From positions 9,513,245-9,577,244 of the forward strand of contig OZ199838.1 in NCBI GenBank assembly GCA_964304625.1: a stretch of 64,000 nucleotides of DNA, read 5' to 3'. The DNA is from Kudoa neothunni. Taxonomy: Eukaryota > Animalia > Cnidaria. The notes below the pieces were generated by a model. It was given only the letters and a program-made list of their open reading frames with translations. It was not told the DNA's origin and ran no database searches. A program made the translations under genes and the position numbers. Shown here one piece after another: positions 1-13,329 of the stretch (position 1 is the stretch's first letter; every line of letters begins with the position of its first letter).

Positions 1-3000
1 TAAATCTCAACCCGAATGACAATTCAAAACTAACAGGTAATTTCTGCTAACTACAAAAATTTTAAAGTTTATTTATATATTTTTAACTGGTAGTTTTTTG
101 CAATGATTGGATACAGGAATGGCAAGGATTGGGAATGGAAAAATTTGGTTGTATGGCTACCGATAAAATCTATCTCAGTTTCACCTACCCAAACAACAAG
201 CCTCAATATCCTAAAGCCACACTGTCAACCAAGTAAGAATTTTATCGCCACTCTATCAATTTTTATTTAAATTCACATCAACAATCTAGACCCACCAATA
301 CTCAAACAATGGGTGCACCTACTGTTGAAAATATTACTGACGCTGTCTACTTGACAACAGTCAGAAACTTTATGCTTCTAGTCACTACCACTCATATAGT
401 TGTGGTCGACATGAAGTTTTATATGGTGGTATGCTGTGTTAGAATAGATAGTCGTACAATTCAAGTGATACCATATCGCACAAGAGATGCTCTTCTAGCG
501 GTCACAGAGAAGGGTGTGATAAGTTGTTACGTAGGCAAAAAAAACTGTGAGCTACAACACCAACAGTGATCACACTGATTTCATTACGAATGCTTCCTCA
601 GACTCGAACAATGACCTTTCATCCTCAATAATTTTGGAGACAAATAATGATTTAACTGTCAAACAAGCTGATTATAAAATGTGCCAATTGTTTGTTTCTA
701 ACAACTGGAGATTGCCATCCTCAAAAAATTGTTACGGTGTAGTCATCGATCCTATAAACGAACTCGATATTGCAATGTTTGTGAGTGATGGTGCTATCGC
801 TATCCAAACATTGAAGTATCGTGGAGTAGTCTCGACTAAACCTCCACCTCTAGGGTAAAATACATTAGGTTATTTCCACACCAATGTCAATTTAGATATT
901 TTAACAATATTAATTCAATGCTAGCCAAGTCTAAGCACATTTATGACCAATCAAACACTTTAAAATCACCCTACTATTTGCTCACTGTGAGATTGTTTAA
1001 CCCATTGTGTCAACATCCTGTTTGTGTGGGAGTGTGCCCCATAATTAAATATCGCGCCAAGAGTATTTTTATGCCAGTGTGTGCCGTAGGTATATCTAAC
1101 TCTTCTCTGCGGTGGTTAAATTTTTTGTAGGATTTAAACATGGTGTTGTTCAAATAGTTGATCTTGTTCATTGCACATTGGTAAAGTCGATTTGGGCTAG
1201 CACCTGGACTATTAGGTGAGCAGATAGTTGCTTGTGGATTCGTTCATTGAATTTTATTCCAGGAAAATTGTCTGGGTAACAATGGAAACGATCATTATTT
1301 TAGCAAAGAATGAAAATGAAACTGTAGAGAAAACCGACCTGCGAATAGTAAATATCAATTCAGGTATTTACTTAATGTGGTCGTTTGTCCATTCATCGTC
1401 CAATCAAATAAATATAGGTCATATCACACGTATCCCAATCACCGTGCCAAATTCCGAAGCAATAATTACCAGTTTCAAAGTTTCTAATATGCGGTATATT
1501 TTCTGTTTTGTTGTTATTTTTAGTCAGTTTTTTATTGAATTAAAATATTAGAAAGTATATGTGCGTCGTATTTAAAAATTACCCATCACAATTTTGGTCG
1601 CTTGATCCCTTGACATTTTTACACAATGTGCCATCAAGTTTTTTAACAGAATGTGTACTTTTATATCTCCTAAAATGATCGATAAAATGTTCTAATCATT
1701 CGGATAGGAATGGTCCAGTGGTATTGTCAAACAATCTGAATCCAGGAAAATTTCTGGTTCGGCAAATAATGATGGCGTTGGAGATGAAAATGATAATATT
1801 ATTGTAATAATACATTAGAATAATGACATTTTTATCAGAATTTTAATTTATCATATATGTAAATTATCAGATAAGAGAACATCTTTTCTGTGCAGATGTT
1901 GATGGTATGGTACGACACTTTATGATGGATAAAGATGTTCCCACTGAACAGTCAAAAATGGCGCTTGATGTAATTATTTGTTTTTATAAGTCTTCTTATA
2001 CATTCAGGATTTATAAATAAATATTAACTGAAATTGTTCGAGTTTAAAAACAATCGTAATTGTTAATGAGTTTAGTTAGGCTGAATGGTTTTTTATTCAC
2101 ACATATTTTCTACATAAACAAAACTCTATTTTTCTGATAATATAATTTTTAATTGTAGCCTTCGACTGGAAATGTTTGTTGTATGTCATGGAAGGTAGAT
2201 TATCTAGTCATCGGTGATAATATTGGGAATATAACTATATGGAGTTTTAAATTGAAACAATCCAAGTGGTTATCATTTCTTTAATTTGAATTATTGGTTT
2301 GTTAAAGAATGTTTTCGATGAAAGCTAGTGGATCAGTTATTAAAATAATTTTCGCTCCCGGAAAAGGTTTCTATCATTTCGTGGTGTTATTTGCGGATTG
2401 TTTTCAAATTTGGGATGCTTCCACAGTAATTTTGATAGTTCATGGAGGACGTTACTTCAATCACCAATTAGAAAGCACTCCTCCAAACCTTCCGTTTTAC
2501 TCGAAACAATCAGCCTTTGGACATTGAATGGTTATCGCAAGAATTACTCGTAGCTATCAATGAAGAAGGCTGTCTGGTCACATTTTTCATTAGCACCTTC
2601 ACGAATACTAATATCACGTTTGAAAATGCACATTTCAGTTAGTTTTCGTATGTTAAATGATCATCTAATAGATTAATTTAGTTCCTGTATTATTGCCTTC
2701 ATTGCTACAACCCCAACTAAGGGACATTTTGAGAACAGTATTAATGTCGTCTTATTGGATGGAAAGCTCCGAATTTCAACTTTCAACTATTATTTCCGGG
2801 TAATATGGTTGTTGTTAATCAACTTTATCATATCTGTATATCTTTAATAGATTTTTACATGATGACGCTATAAAGAACCTTCAAACCCTTCTAGATTTAA
2901 TGTACACATACAATTGTGTATGGTTATGTCTGATTGTGTTCGGTAGACGTGCCAAATACCCAATACTAAACTCAACAATTCCTACTGTTACCAGATCTCT

Positions 3001-6000
3001 ATACATATCAATGTATTAGACTCTGTCGATGTTTTCCTCATTAAACAGCTGCATCATATTAGGATTATAGGAGATAGCACCGAAATTGCCTTTTGGACAT
3101 TGGTTTCCTATTCAACTGCTATCTACTGCAAATCGGAATCGTTAGCCAATCTTACGGTATCTCTGTCTCTATGATTATACAAGTTAAAACCAACTACTTT
3201 AGGATCAAATAAAATCTAGCATCGCTGGTGGAGCTGGTATCGATAGTCTTCTTGATCGATACATACCTACCACCATATTTAAAGTATTATATTTTGAGTC
3301 TAATTTAGAAATTTTAACACAAACATTTAGAAATTCAAACTATGGTACACTTTGCTTATATATAAATTATTGCCATCCAAAAGTCACTCAGCCAAACGAG
3401 AATGCATAATTTCATTAATTGCTCTCAATCAAGTATTTGTCCCTTTTTAAAAAATTAAAGTTCTTAATTCGGCCAGCTTTTTGATTTATGTAATTGTCCA
3501 TCTTTAATCCTTTTAACATTAAGAAAGGTGCACCTTTCCTTTATTGAATATTTTGTTATTTAATGGATAAAATATTATTACATTTGTTGAATGAATATTC
3601 TAAAAAGTGATGAGGTAATATGGGTATTAATTAAATTTTAAAGAAATGTTTCTATTACAGTTTTTGCCGAATTGAATAACTAAGAAATTGACAATAAAAT
3701 AGATTAGCTTTTATGACTTATTAGATTAGATAAATTGGATGATGAGGTTCTTCGTGACCGTGTATATGATTATTTTATTTTAAAATCATTTTAACTTTTA
3801 TAATTTTTTTAATTGTTACTAAAAATATGTATATCTATTTTCATATTTATTTTTTTATAACTAATTGATTGTTTATTTTAAATTAGGAGACATGGTAGAA
3901 ATCTTATAAATATATTCAACTCTAATTCTTTTTATTAAAGTTATCGATATTTCATCATTTAACCGTTTTATTAATTCTGTATTAAATATATCGTTTAAGA
4001 GATATTGGTTTGACTAAAAATGTCTATTTTTTTAAATTAGAAAGTTATTGATTTATATTTTTCATTAGGCATTATCAATTCTTTCACTTTTATATTAATC
4101 TCGATTCTAATTTAGATTGAAGTATATTCTTAAAATTTAGATCGAATTTACTAATTAGAATTTTTATTTTTAACGACGCTTTCTAAAGTTTTGTTAGAAG
4201 TCCATTATGGATTCAATATAACTAAAATTTTTTAAAATAATAGGGGGGTTTTTATTTGGTTTACTTTAAAAAAGACAAGTTTATTAATTTTTCATATTTT
4301 TATAATTTAATTTTGACTAATAGTTATTTACTATAATATTAAGAAACTTTCTTTAAATAATTTTCTTATTTAAATAGCTTTAATTAAGCGAAATAATGTT
4401 TTTAGTTAGTATGAATTTTTGTTGAGAAATAATTTGTATGAAACAATTTTATCCAATAATTGAAGCTTATGTTTAGGTTTAATTGAATAGTTAAATAGAA
4501 CTAAGTTATATAAATTGAATAAGAGGTTTTGAATCGAAAAATGTAAAAATTAATATTGTTAAACTCTGCTTTTAGAAAACCATTTAAATCAACTTAGTTC
4601 AAAGTTGTTCCTTTTCATACTTATTTTCACTTGGCTTTAAAAATTCATCGGAAAATTTACTTCTTGAAGCGTCCCAGCTTATTTTATGAACTCATATGTA
4701 GAAGAAAATTACGCGATCATAATTTTCCATATACTAATTGGCTCAAAAAATAATGTTTGAAAAATAGAATTGATTAACTTTTAATTATTCAAATCGATAA
4801 GAAGCTTTATTATTTTAAAATAATCGATTAATTGTATATTATATAATGCCAACCTAATACAACAGTTGTTTCTTTCATTTATTATGTGATGAATTTTTAA
4901 CAGAACAAATAAAAGAGTTTTGTTTATTTTATATAATTATAATTATAAAATCCCTATCGAAAATGTCTGATTTTATTTGTTCAATTTTCATTAATTTGAA
5001 TCATTTCCTTGTAATTAATTAATTAATTAATTTTTATCATGTCATAAAAATATTTAAAGAAAAATCACGTAACCACAATAAGGGTGCGGGAGAAATTGAT
5101 AAATCTACTAATTTTATTAAATAGATTTTTTTAAATTTAATATCTTCAAAAATTTGAATTTTAAAAATAGTATAAAAACATTCCTTTCGATTTTATTTCA
5201 TCTTATGAAATAAAACATAGATGTACTATCTTCCTAGAAATTTATAAAGATTTTATGTTTTTATTGTAAAGCTATTAATCCATATCCGTTAATAAGCAAA
5301 ATAGGCAGAATATAGCTTATATTTAAACTAATATTAGTTTATTTTGACTGTTCTTAGAGAGATGAAGCCATCAAACTGTTACTTTCTTCTGACGCTAATG
5401 ATGCTAACTGCTATGGAGATTCACTAAGGTAGCCAAAAATTTTCGTCAGGACAAAATTTTTTTACCCTATTAATCTAACAGAGCACTTACAATTTCCCTA
5501 TTGGAGAACGAAGACGATCTGAGTGATGTTCAGTTAGTAAAACAAATTGCCCTATCTCTTCTTTCTAAGGATAAAGTTCTTGGTAATTTAACTAACGTCC
5601 TACTCTCAGATAAATAAATAATTTATAGAGGGAATTGAATTGTTGTGTTTCGCTAACAAACCTATGGAAGCAATCAAAAGTTACATATCGATGGGATATG
5701 TAGATGAATCGTTTTGGCTGGCTAAGGTACACGTTTTCTCGGCGGTAATTTTATAAGATGCATAAATATTATTAGACTCTCCTGGATAACGATCAATTGT
5801 ACGATTTCGTTAACACATCCATAATCCAATCAGAGAATGAGCAAAATGATACCAATCACCTGCTCAAAAATCTAACCATTCCACTATCACTCAGCACAGG
5901 CAACTTTGTGAAAGTTGTCGAAATACTCTATTCGTAAGATTTTAAGAGTTTCATAGTTGCGTGAACATTTTGATAGGCATGGGCAATTATGTAAAGCATA

Positions 6001-6115
6001 CCACTTGATCAAAGCCTGTGAAGAATTAAACCTAATCCAATGCGGAACCATGGATCAATTTGAAAAGATTAAGCAAAGCTATTCTAACTGGCTGAAAACG
6101 ATTTCCTTGGGTTAA
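1..6115 (+). CDS. WDR11: WD repeat-containing protein 11 (multi-exon, 5' end outside window)
   Basis: Spliced peptides match WDR11 blocks: AVYLTTVRNFMLLV...IQVIPYRTRDALLAVTEKGVIS, VVIDPINELDIAMFVSDG, CMSWKVDYLVIGDNIGNITIW, DEAIKLLLSSDANDANCYGDSL. More than 20 GT-AG introns, e.g. 547-601, which joins ORFs 309 and 547 in frame. One large intron at about 3433-5358. Stop TAA 6113-6115 with AATAAA at 6126. Confidence 0.88.
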
Positions 6116-6407
6116 AATCTATTGGAATAAATCTCAATCGCATTTTATATTGAATTAAACTTGTTAAATTTTTAGTATTCATTTTATCCAGATCTTTTCT
6201 ACCAACATTGATAGCTTATCCTTTCAATTGCTCTATTAGATTATAACAAAACACCAATTATAGTCCACTTTTCTGACTAGAAAATGAGTTATATAACCTT
6301 ATCAACCATAGAATGCTATAAAATATTATTTTGAAATCTTAAGCAACATAGCTTTATATACATGCGAGTTATATCGAGTTTAAACGGGCATTTTGAATAC
6401 TAGCAAC

Positions 6408-7707
6408 ATGCGGATTTCTGAGCAAGAAACTTTTGAGAATTTTAGCCTATTAAAACAGTTAATTCATACGGTTTTAATAATATTTCTGAAACTGTTTTCA
6501 GAACTTGTGCAAGGGTGATCAATGGAGCTGTTGCCGGGGTTGTTGGCACTTGTACCATTTTCCCACTGGATCTTAGTAAAACCAGATTGCAACAACAATC
6601 CAAATTATCTTCTGGTGGTGTTATGTACAAAAATGTGTAATTCATTATTTTGAATTCAACATATCTATGTTTATATTCTAGTTTCGATTGTATGCTTAAG
6701 GTATGTAGAAATGAAGGCTTTTTTAGTCTGTATAAAGGTTAATTTTAACATTACATAAAATTAAATTCAAATTTTTAACATTGATTAGGATTGGCGGTGA
6801 ATTTGTTGTTTGTAATGCCAGAAAAGGCAATTAAATTGTGCGTAAACGACCAACTGCGTTACAACTTTGGTAGCAGAAAGTAACAATTTCGTGAGTAATA
6901 AAGTTTAAGAATTATCGATCTTAAAGTGGCTCTGTATTGCCTATTCAAAAAGAAATGCTTGCAGGAGCTATCGCTGGTACATGTCAAGTAGTTATCATTT
7001 GTTTGAGGGATTTTCTTTCATTATCTCCATTCATAGGTGATAGTTACTACACCAATGGAATTTCTTAAGATTCAAATGCAAATGGCAAACAAAACTGCCG
7101 GTAATTCATGAGCTTGATTGCACTATCGACGGTCAATTTTCAATTGTAGCCAAAGGCAGTAGACCCGAATCTGCCTTCAAACTGGCATCCAATCTTATTA
7201 GAAAAGATGGGATTTTTGCAATTTATCGAGGATTAACGGCTACTTTCTTAAGGTTATAATAAGATCAGGTTGTTTTTGTTAAAAATCAATTTAGGGATGT
7301 GGTTTTTTCGCTTCTTTATTTCCCTGGATTTGCAATTCTTAACAACAAAGTAACTTACGTTTTATTATCTCATTCTAATTGCTCAGCAGGGCTACGGAAT
7401 TCATGGCAGTAAACCTGCTTTCTATCACACATTGGCAAGTGGCCTTGTTTCAGGTTGTTTGTCAGCGTTTGCTGTGACTCCTCTTGACGTTATCAAAACA
7501 AGATTACAATTCATCGATAACACCTCTAAAACGCCACTTTACAATGGAATTTTAGATTGTACCATAAAAACCTATCAAAACGACGGAATTAGAGCGTTGT
7601 TTCGTGGTGCTATTCCACGAATGGTGGTTATTGCGCCTTTGTTTGGAATCGCTCAGACAGTGTACTTTTTAGGAATCGGTGAAATGTTTCTAGGCCTAAC
7701 ATCGTAA
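6408..7707 (+). CDS. SLC25A22: Mitochondrial glutamate carrier (SLC25A22/SLC25A18-like), multi-exon
   Basis: ATG at 6408. Spliced ARVINGAVAGVVGTCTIFPLDLSKTRLQQQ, GLAVNLLFVMPEKAIKLCVND, TTPMEFLKIQMQ, RDVVFSLLYFP, VTPLDVIKTRLQ, RMVVIAPLFGIAQTVYFLGIGE. Three PxD/ExxK carrier motifs. Confidence 0.9.
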
Positions 7708-8119
7708 TAGTTTGGCTCCGGAGTTCTGAAGCTTCATTTAATGTGCCTAATTTATTTTTGTCAATCTAACTTGGTTTTTTTGGACGCTAAATCGATTCTA
7801 AGATCAGTCATGGTTTTATAACATTATTGAATCATTTTTAAATTTGTTATAAACATTAAGTTTGAGTCGTTTAAGTCTTAATTTTACCGTTTTAGATGTT
7901 CCTTTACATAATGCCATTCAGTGTTTGTTTAACTTAAATTACGTTAAAGCTACAAAAAATAAAACGATTTGTAAATAAATTACACTGACGTAATAAGGGA
8001 ATGAAACTAAAAATACACCTATATCGTCAACTATATTTATTGCCACAATTTTGTCAAGAAGGATTAATGTTGAAAAATCTGACAAGTATGGGTTAATTTT
8101 CAATATGAAATCCCTTATA

Positions 8120-10159
8120 CAGTAAGGTCTCGATATTGCGGGGTTCGATAGAGGGTAGTCGATATTTTTTTCAGATTTCAGTAACCAACATTGTAACGTT
8201 TTCGTTGTATATGGGCTTCTACTCTAGCACTATGCCCAAAAATACGAAATAACATTTAAAAAATGTATTTTTTGTAAAATTCAGGGTCTTACTAATGGGC
8301 AGTGGTTACTTCAATTTTAATCCGATTAATCCACCAAATTACACATTCGAACGTTCGATATTGCGAAGGAAGAAAGAAATTTTGGTAAAAAATTGGAACT
8401 ATTCAATATTATGATTCAATTACCTCAACCTGAAATGTCAAAAAGTTACTCTATAGCTCCAGAGGATACCATGAATTCTGTAATTGAGTTTTTTTCAAAT
8501 TAAAATTAGTTATCCTTCTCTGAATAAAATTTTATCTAATATATCTGATATAATGAACTCCAATGTTGTCCTCTCAATAAAGGAATCACAAATAAAAAAT
8601 ACATCCAACTTCAAATTTCGTTGTATGGCTTGATTGTGCCAGAACATCATAAAAAGGCAAATATTCTAGAGTTTTTATCACTGAAAAGGCAAAACTTTTT
8701 GCTGACGATCATAAACCATCGGTTTAAGTGGAACAAAAGGTTTGCTTAAAAATTTTGAGATTCTCTGTCGCTTAAAAATTCACTCTTCCTGGAGAAGGAA
8801 GGGGAAGGTTGATGATAATACCGTTCATGATTAAGTAATCAAATTTTATAAGGTAAAAAGTAGATATGAAAAATAAAACATATTAAATCTTGGTGACACC
8901 GCTCTTTCCTAAGAACAATGCACGCAACGAATATATGATACAGTAAAAAATCAATTTCACGCACTTGCGCGCGCGATTATTTCAGAAAAAATTGGCATTT
9001 AATGATTAGATTGCATTCATAAAGGCTAGTTCACTATATATTAATTTTTAAACGATAATTAAAACTCGAGAAACGTGTTAACATCACAAAAATATCTTTC
9101 AACGGTCTATGAAATATTCTTCTTGTTGCTATCGGTGGAATAAGGCAGTTTCATCTACATTGTATATAACATTTTCAGAGTATATTTTAAAAAATATTCT
9201 GATTTGATCGATCCACTCTAAAATAGTTTCAGCCGAAGCATCAACAGATTAATTAATAAAATTTGGTTTTAAAATGTTGGACTCTTCTTAAAACAGCGAA
9301 ATTCATCACGAATTGCACACGAAAGTAAACCTTTTTCTTTGACCAATTTATTTCTCTTGATAATTATTGTGACGACGCTTACTACAATCTTTCTGATTCG
9401 TGTCCACCCAATCCACTCATATACATCTTTATCAACAGAATTAAATTGTCTTGCATGCAAATGATTTCTATTTTTTAGATTATAAAACCATTTATAGGTT
9501 TTGATAATTCTATTTTTCATCTCTAGGATGCCATTAGGAGTCGGACAATAGATATTTCAAAATGTGATACAGTGGCAGTTTTAGGGTCGTTAGATTGAAG
9601 ACTTCATAATAATTAGTAATATTGTACTCTTCGAAAATAGATATAGTTTAGGAATTTTTTGGCATTTGACATTGGCTTAACTAACTTATAAACAAGAAGT
9701 GCCCAGAAAAAGTGCGTGAAATTGGTTACTTACTGTATAAAGGAGTGGAATTAAAAGGCAATGAAGCAATCAAAAAACCTGTAATGGAATTATAGAATGC
9801 TTAATTTATAGGGATGAAATTCCCACATAATGTCATTGGTAAATTTAAAGAGACCCCCTGTTTTAAAGGAATTAATGAACTTTCCGTTAAATATTAACGA
9901 TCAAAACAGTTGTTGGATGTCTTCAACTATCTTCATGATATTTTAAAAACTCTTGATCAAAAGTTCGCGAAAGATAAGGAAAAGTTCGTATATTATTAGA
10001 TCGACGCATTTAACATCTTTAATTTAATAATACAAACAAGATCGATCATTTTTTCGTTAAAAAATAAAAAATTTATTCTAGTGACACGTGCGCTAAACCT
10101 CGATATTGAGCAATAAAAACTCAGGTCCCGATTTAGCGCGCAATATCGAGACCTTACTG
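8120..10159 (+). mobile_element. Decayed pogo/Tigger-like DNA transposon (outer element)
   Basis: Perfect 21-bp TIR CAGTAAGGTCTCGATATTGCG at 8120, inverted copy ending 10159, TA on both flanks. Degenerate Tigger-type DDE remnants on both sides of the nested insertion. Confidence 0.8.
8941..9735 (-). mobile_element. Nested truncated Tigger-like element (same TIR family as 27243-31545)
   Basis: Imperfect TIRs CAGTAAAAAATCAATTTCACGCAC and GTGCGTGAAATTGGTTACTTACTG with TA flanks. Minus ORF 9269-9520 has a CENP-B-like HTH remnant (FNSVDKDVYEWI). Confidence 0.75.
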
Positions 10160-11231
10160 TATCTGTAAAGGACTGTCGGTAAGTATGTGCCCCTAAGTAC
10201 GCATGTGTAGGAAAATTTTTACCTTATAGATAGATATTTATGTAATTTTTAATAATTTAAAAATCCACTAATTTTTTATTACATTAATCAAAATTCAAAA
10301 TTAATGTAGGGAATTGTTATGTCCTCGATGCTAAATTTGTTAAGCGGATTACGAGGTTCCAGTAATAGGATTATATTGTTTATTCGTGGGTGCCACTTAA
10401 GTACATTGAACTTCTGCAAGTTATCTCGAACGTTTTTGATGGTTCAAACTTAAGCTATTATTCCAAGATAAATTTTATATCATTTGTATATCTGTACGTT
10501 TAAAGTAGATGTGTCCATTTGGATGTGTACTTAAATACACTCTTTATTTTTGGAACTTTTAATATATTTGACTTGATAGATACACTTTGAAAGTTCTATA
10601 GATTACATCTAATATAGCAAAAATATGAAAATTTTCTAAATTAATGAAGAATTGGAAACGTATGTTATAATCAGATAGATTCAATGCCTACATATTGAAA
10701 CTAAATCCCCAAATTTTTGTTATAGTGTCCGTTGAACTTAATTTTGAGTGATAAGATTTAATCTATAGATTTAAATCTTATTTATCTAATTATTTTAATA
10801 TTTTTGTTCATATTTAGAAGCTATATAACAGTTTTGAGGAAACAGTGTATATAAATGTGTCGGATAGAGATATTAACTTGAGCAATAAAAATTAATCATC
10901 GTAAATTATTATCGAGTTAATCAGGTTTTTCTACTTTCATAGTCTCTCCAAAATTATCTCAATTTTTTACTGTGCCCACCACAGTCGTTAACAGTATGAT
11001 ATTTAAAAAAAGATTTATTTAATTTCTCCTCCGGGCTACTCAAGAGTCTTATATTTCTCTATTTTTTGACCGTCTTCTATTATGAAATTTTCCCAATCCC
11101 GTGCGAAGCTGGGCAGTTCGCGTTAATATACGTTATTTTTTAAACTATTCCAAGGTTTCTTATAGGATTTTATTCCTAAACTTTGTTACTGCGGATTACA
11201 ATGATTATTACATTATTTTGTTTACAACATG

Positions 11232-11696
11232 AAACCTAAGGCACAACTTATTAGGTTGTTAAAGTATGACTATTTAGGCCTTCTTCATTTACGTTGTAGG
11301 CATTGCGGCGTCATATTAAGGCGACTTACGTTTATACGGTACTACGGGATTTTAACCCACTAAACATCCTCGTTTTGGAGCAAGCACTACTCCTAACCAT
11401 ACCCTGGACTATAACCCATAATTAGTCTGGGAAAGTCGCCTGAATGCGAGTGTCGGCCCTATAGGAACCCCCTACTAGGTTTTATTTTGTTCCTGTACCC
11501 TGGCGTTTATGAGCACCCTTGATCTACCCTTCCCCCCTCTGTTCCAAGCAAGACCACGATAAATCGTAGATCCCTGAGATAATCACAGCCTTCCAACTTA
11601 ATTTCGGATTAGGAGTACAGGAACGCCCGGACTAGGCCCCAAGCTCGTGATCTCACGGTTTGTGAGGCACACCTAACACTACTATGCCATACTGCC
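11232..11696 (-). mobile_element. Probable tRNA-derived SINE
   Basis: Minus-strand head GGCAGTATGGCATAGTAG... with an A-box-like and a degenerate B-box-like motif. The 3' region (11232-11400) is homologous to 12200-12365. Confidence 0.5.
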
Positions 11697-11698
11697 AA

Positions 11699-12190
11699 GG
11701 ATATCGGCTATTACTACGTTAGCATATAATTCCATGTCGAGACTGTCTGTTGCCATGACAACGAAGTTCCCCATAACCACACAACATTATATATTTCTAT
11801 CCATTCGTTAGTAAAAGGAACATATTTTATTGTAAAAATTCTAATTTTCGTAGAATTCATTCACATAATTTTTAGCCTATGTATAATATATTCGTGAATT
11901 TTTCACACTTGTTGTAACAGTTTCTTTATCATTAAATATTTGATAACAAAATTATTTAATTCAAACTAGGAAATATAATTAATGGATTTTTTTTCAACAT
12001 AGTCGATGTTCTAAGTCATAAATAGAGATCATATAATCATTGATTTAATTGCGAGTATCTAAAATTTTATTTTAACTTCAGATAATTGTGCGAAATCGAT
12101 TGACACATCGTTATATAACTTTATTATGCTTCGTGGATATTTGATTTAATTATGTAATTTTTTATTTCTCTTTTCTCCTAATTTATTTGT
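11699..12190 (+). repeat. MULE-family non-autonomous repeat fragment (subfamily A)
   Basis: Aligns by eye over about 480 bp with 22424-22890. Starts with a degenerate terminus GGATATCGGCTATTACTACG. Confidence 0.65.
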
Positions 12191-12199
12191 TTGCAAGAT

Positions 12200-12632
12200 A
12201 AAACCCCTGACGCAACTTACTAGGTTGCGGAGTTATGGCTGGTTAGGCCGTCCCCATTAACGTATAGGCACCGCAGGACGAGTAACACTCATCTCCTTAC
12301 CTTTCTGCGGTAACTTAACCCACCAAACATCCTCGTTTCCAAGGTAATCACCGACCCTAACTCAACCCATAAATTCGTAAGGATTTTGGCTCCACAGAGA
12401 TTCCAAGCCTGTTAATGCATCCCCGATAATTCAAACTTTTAATTCACCCTCGTTTGTTAGATCGAACTATAACTACAGATGAAATTACGCTTACAATGCA
12501 ATCTTATTATAACAACAGCTCTCAATATGAAATAGAGACACTCGTCCTGAAATAGTACATTGATCAGCAGCGAGGATCGATCTAGCACATCCGAGTATTG
12601 AGTCTGGTCACTGCATCACCGTGCTGTGTCCT
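12200..12632 (-). mobile_element. Probable tRNA-derived SINE
   Basis: Minus-strand head GAGGACACAGCACGGTG...AGATCGATCC with A/B-box-like motifs. Shares a 3' region (TTGGAAACGAGGATGTTTGGTGGGTTAA) with 11232-11400. Confidence 0.5.
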
Positions 12633-13329
12633 CAGCGGAATAAGAATGTCGACTATCAAGCCCCAAAACGTATATGAATCTATCCAGATGAGATTACGAT
12701 TACAAAACACCTAATAATGAGTTAGAAAAGTGGTTCTTAACTTGGGTTGGGGAAAAATTACAAATTTAGAAGTGAATCTAGGAATAAGATTCACCATTAT
12801 AGTTATGCCTCCAAACCTCAACTTGTATTGTCTATTATCATTCCCAACTAAAAAAAGTTAACTAAATACATTAAAATTTGAGAAGTGACAATTGTTGTGG
12901 AGCAGAATAATCAAGTACGACTAGTTTTGATTGTATTTAATTATTTCTAATTGCTAGCAGAATAGCGTCGGATTAGGAATAATTGAATATGACCAAGAAT
13001 AAAATTATTCACTACATAAATCGCCTATAATTAAACATTGCTAGGGCTTAAAATGGCGACAGCACAAGAGTACGCATTCATCAGACTCCACTCCCCGTAA
13101 CAATGGCCACGGTCTGAATAACGTCATAAAGTATTTAAAATCAGGTGGGTTCGTCGACATGTACTACGAGACAGGTGAGGTTCAGAAATATCCAAAAAAT
13201 TAAGAACTGTTAAATAGGAACAAGTTTTTAGTAACTATTACATGGATGATACTCGATAAAAAGACGAACAACACATCAATATACGTTTAAACATATAAAA
13301 TTTATTGTAAGTTAGGAAAGCTAAAAAAA

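Noticed and set aside
531-601. Apparent frameshift at the A8 run between WDR11 ORFs 309-569 and 547-858
   Set aside because: Explained by a GT-AG intron at 547-601 that restores the frame.
1969-2158. Possible intronic C/D snoRNA in a longer WDR11 intron
   Set aside because: CTGA words are present but there is no convincing RUGAUGA C box or terminal stem.
11098-11126. Helitron 3'-hairpin-like CCCGTGCGAAGCTGGG, with a similar GC-rich stretch at 39815-39860
   Set aside because: No intact CTRR terminus or 5' end identified; too short to call.
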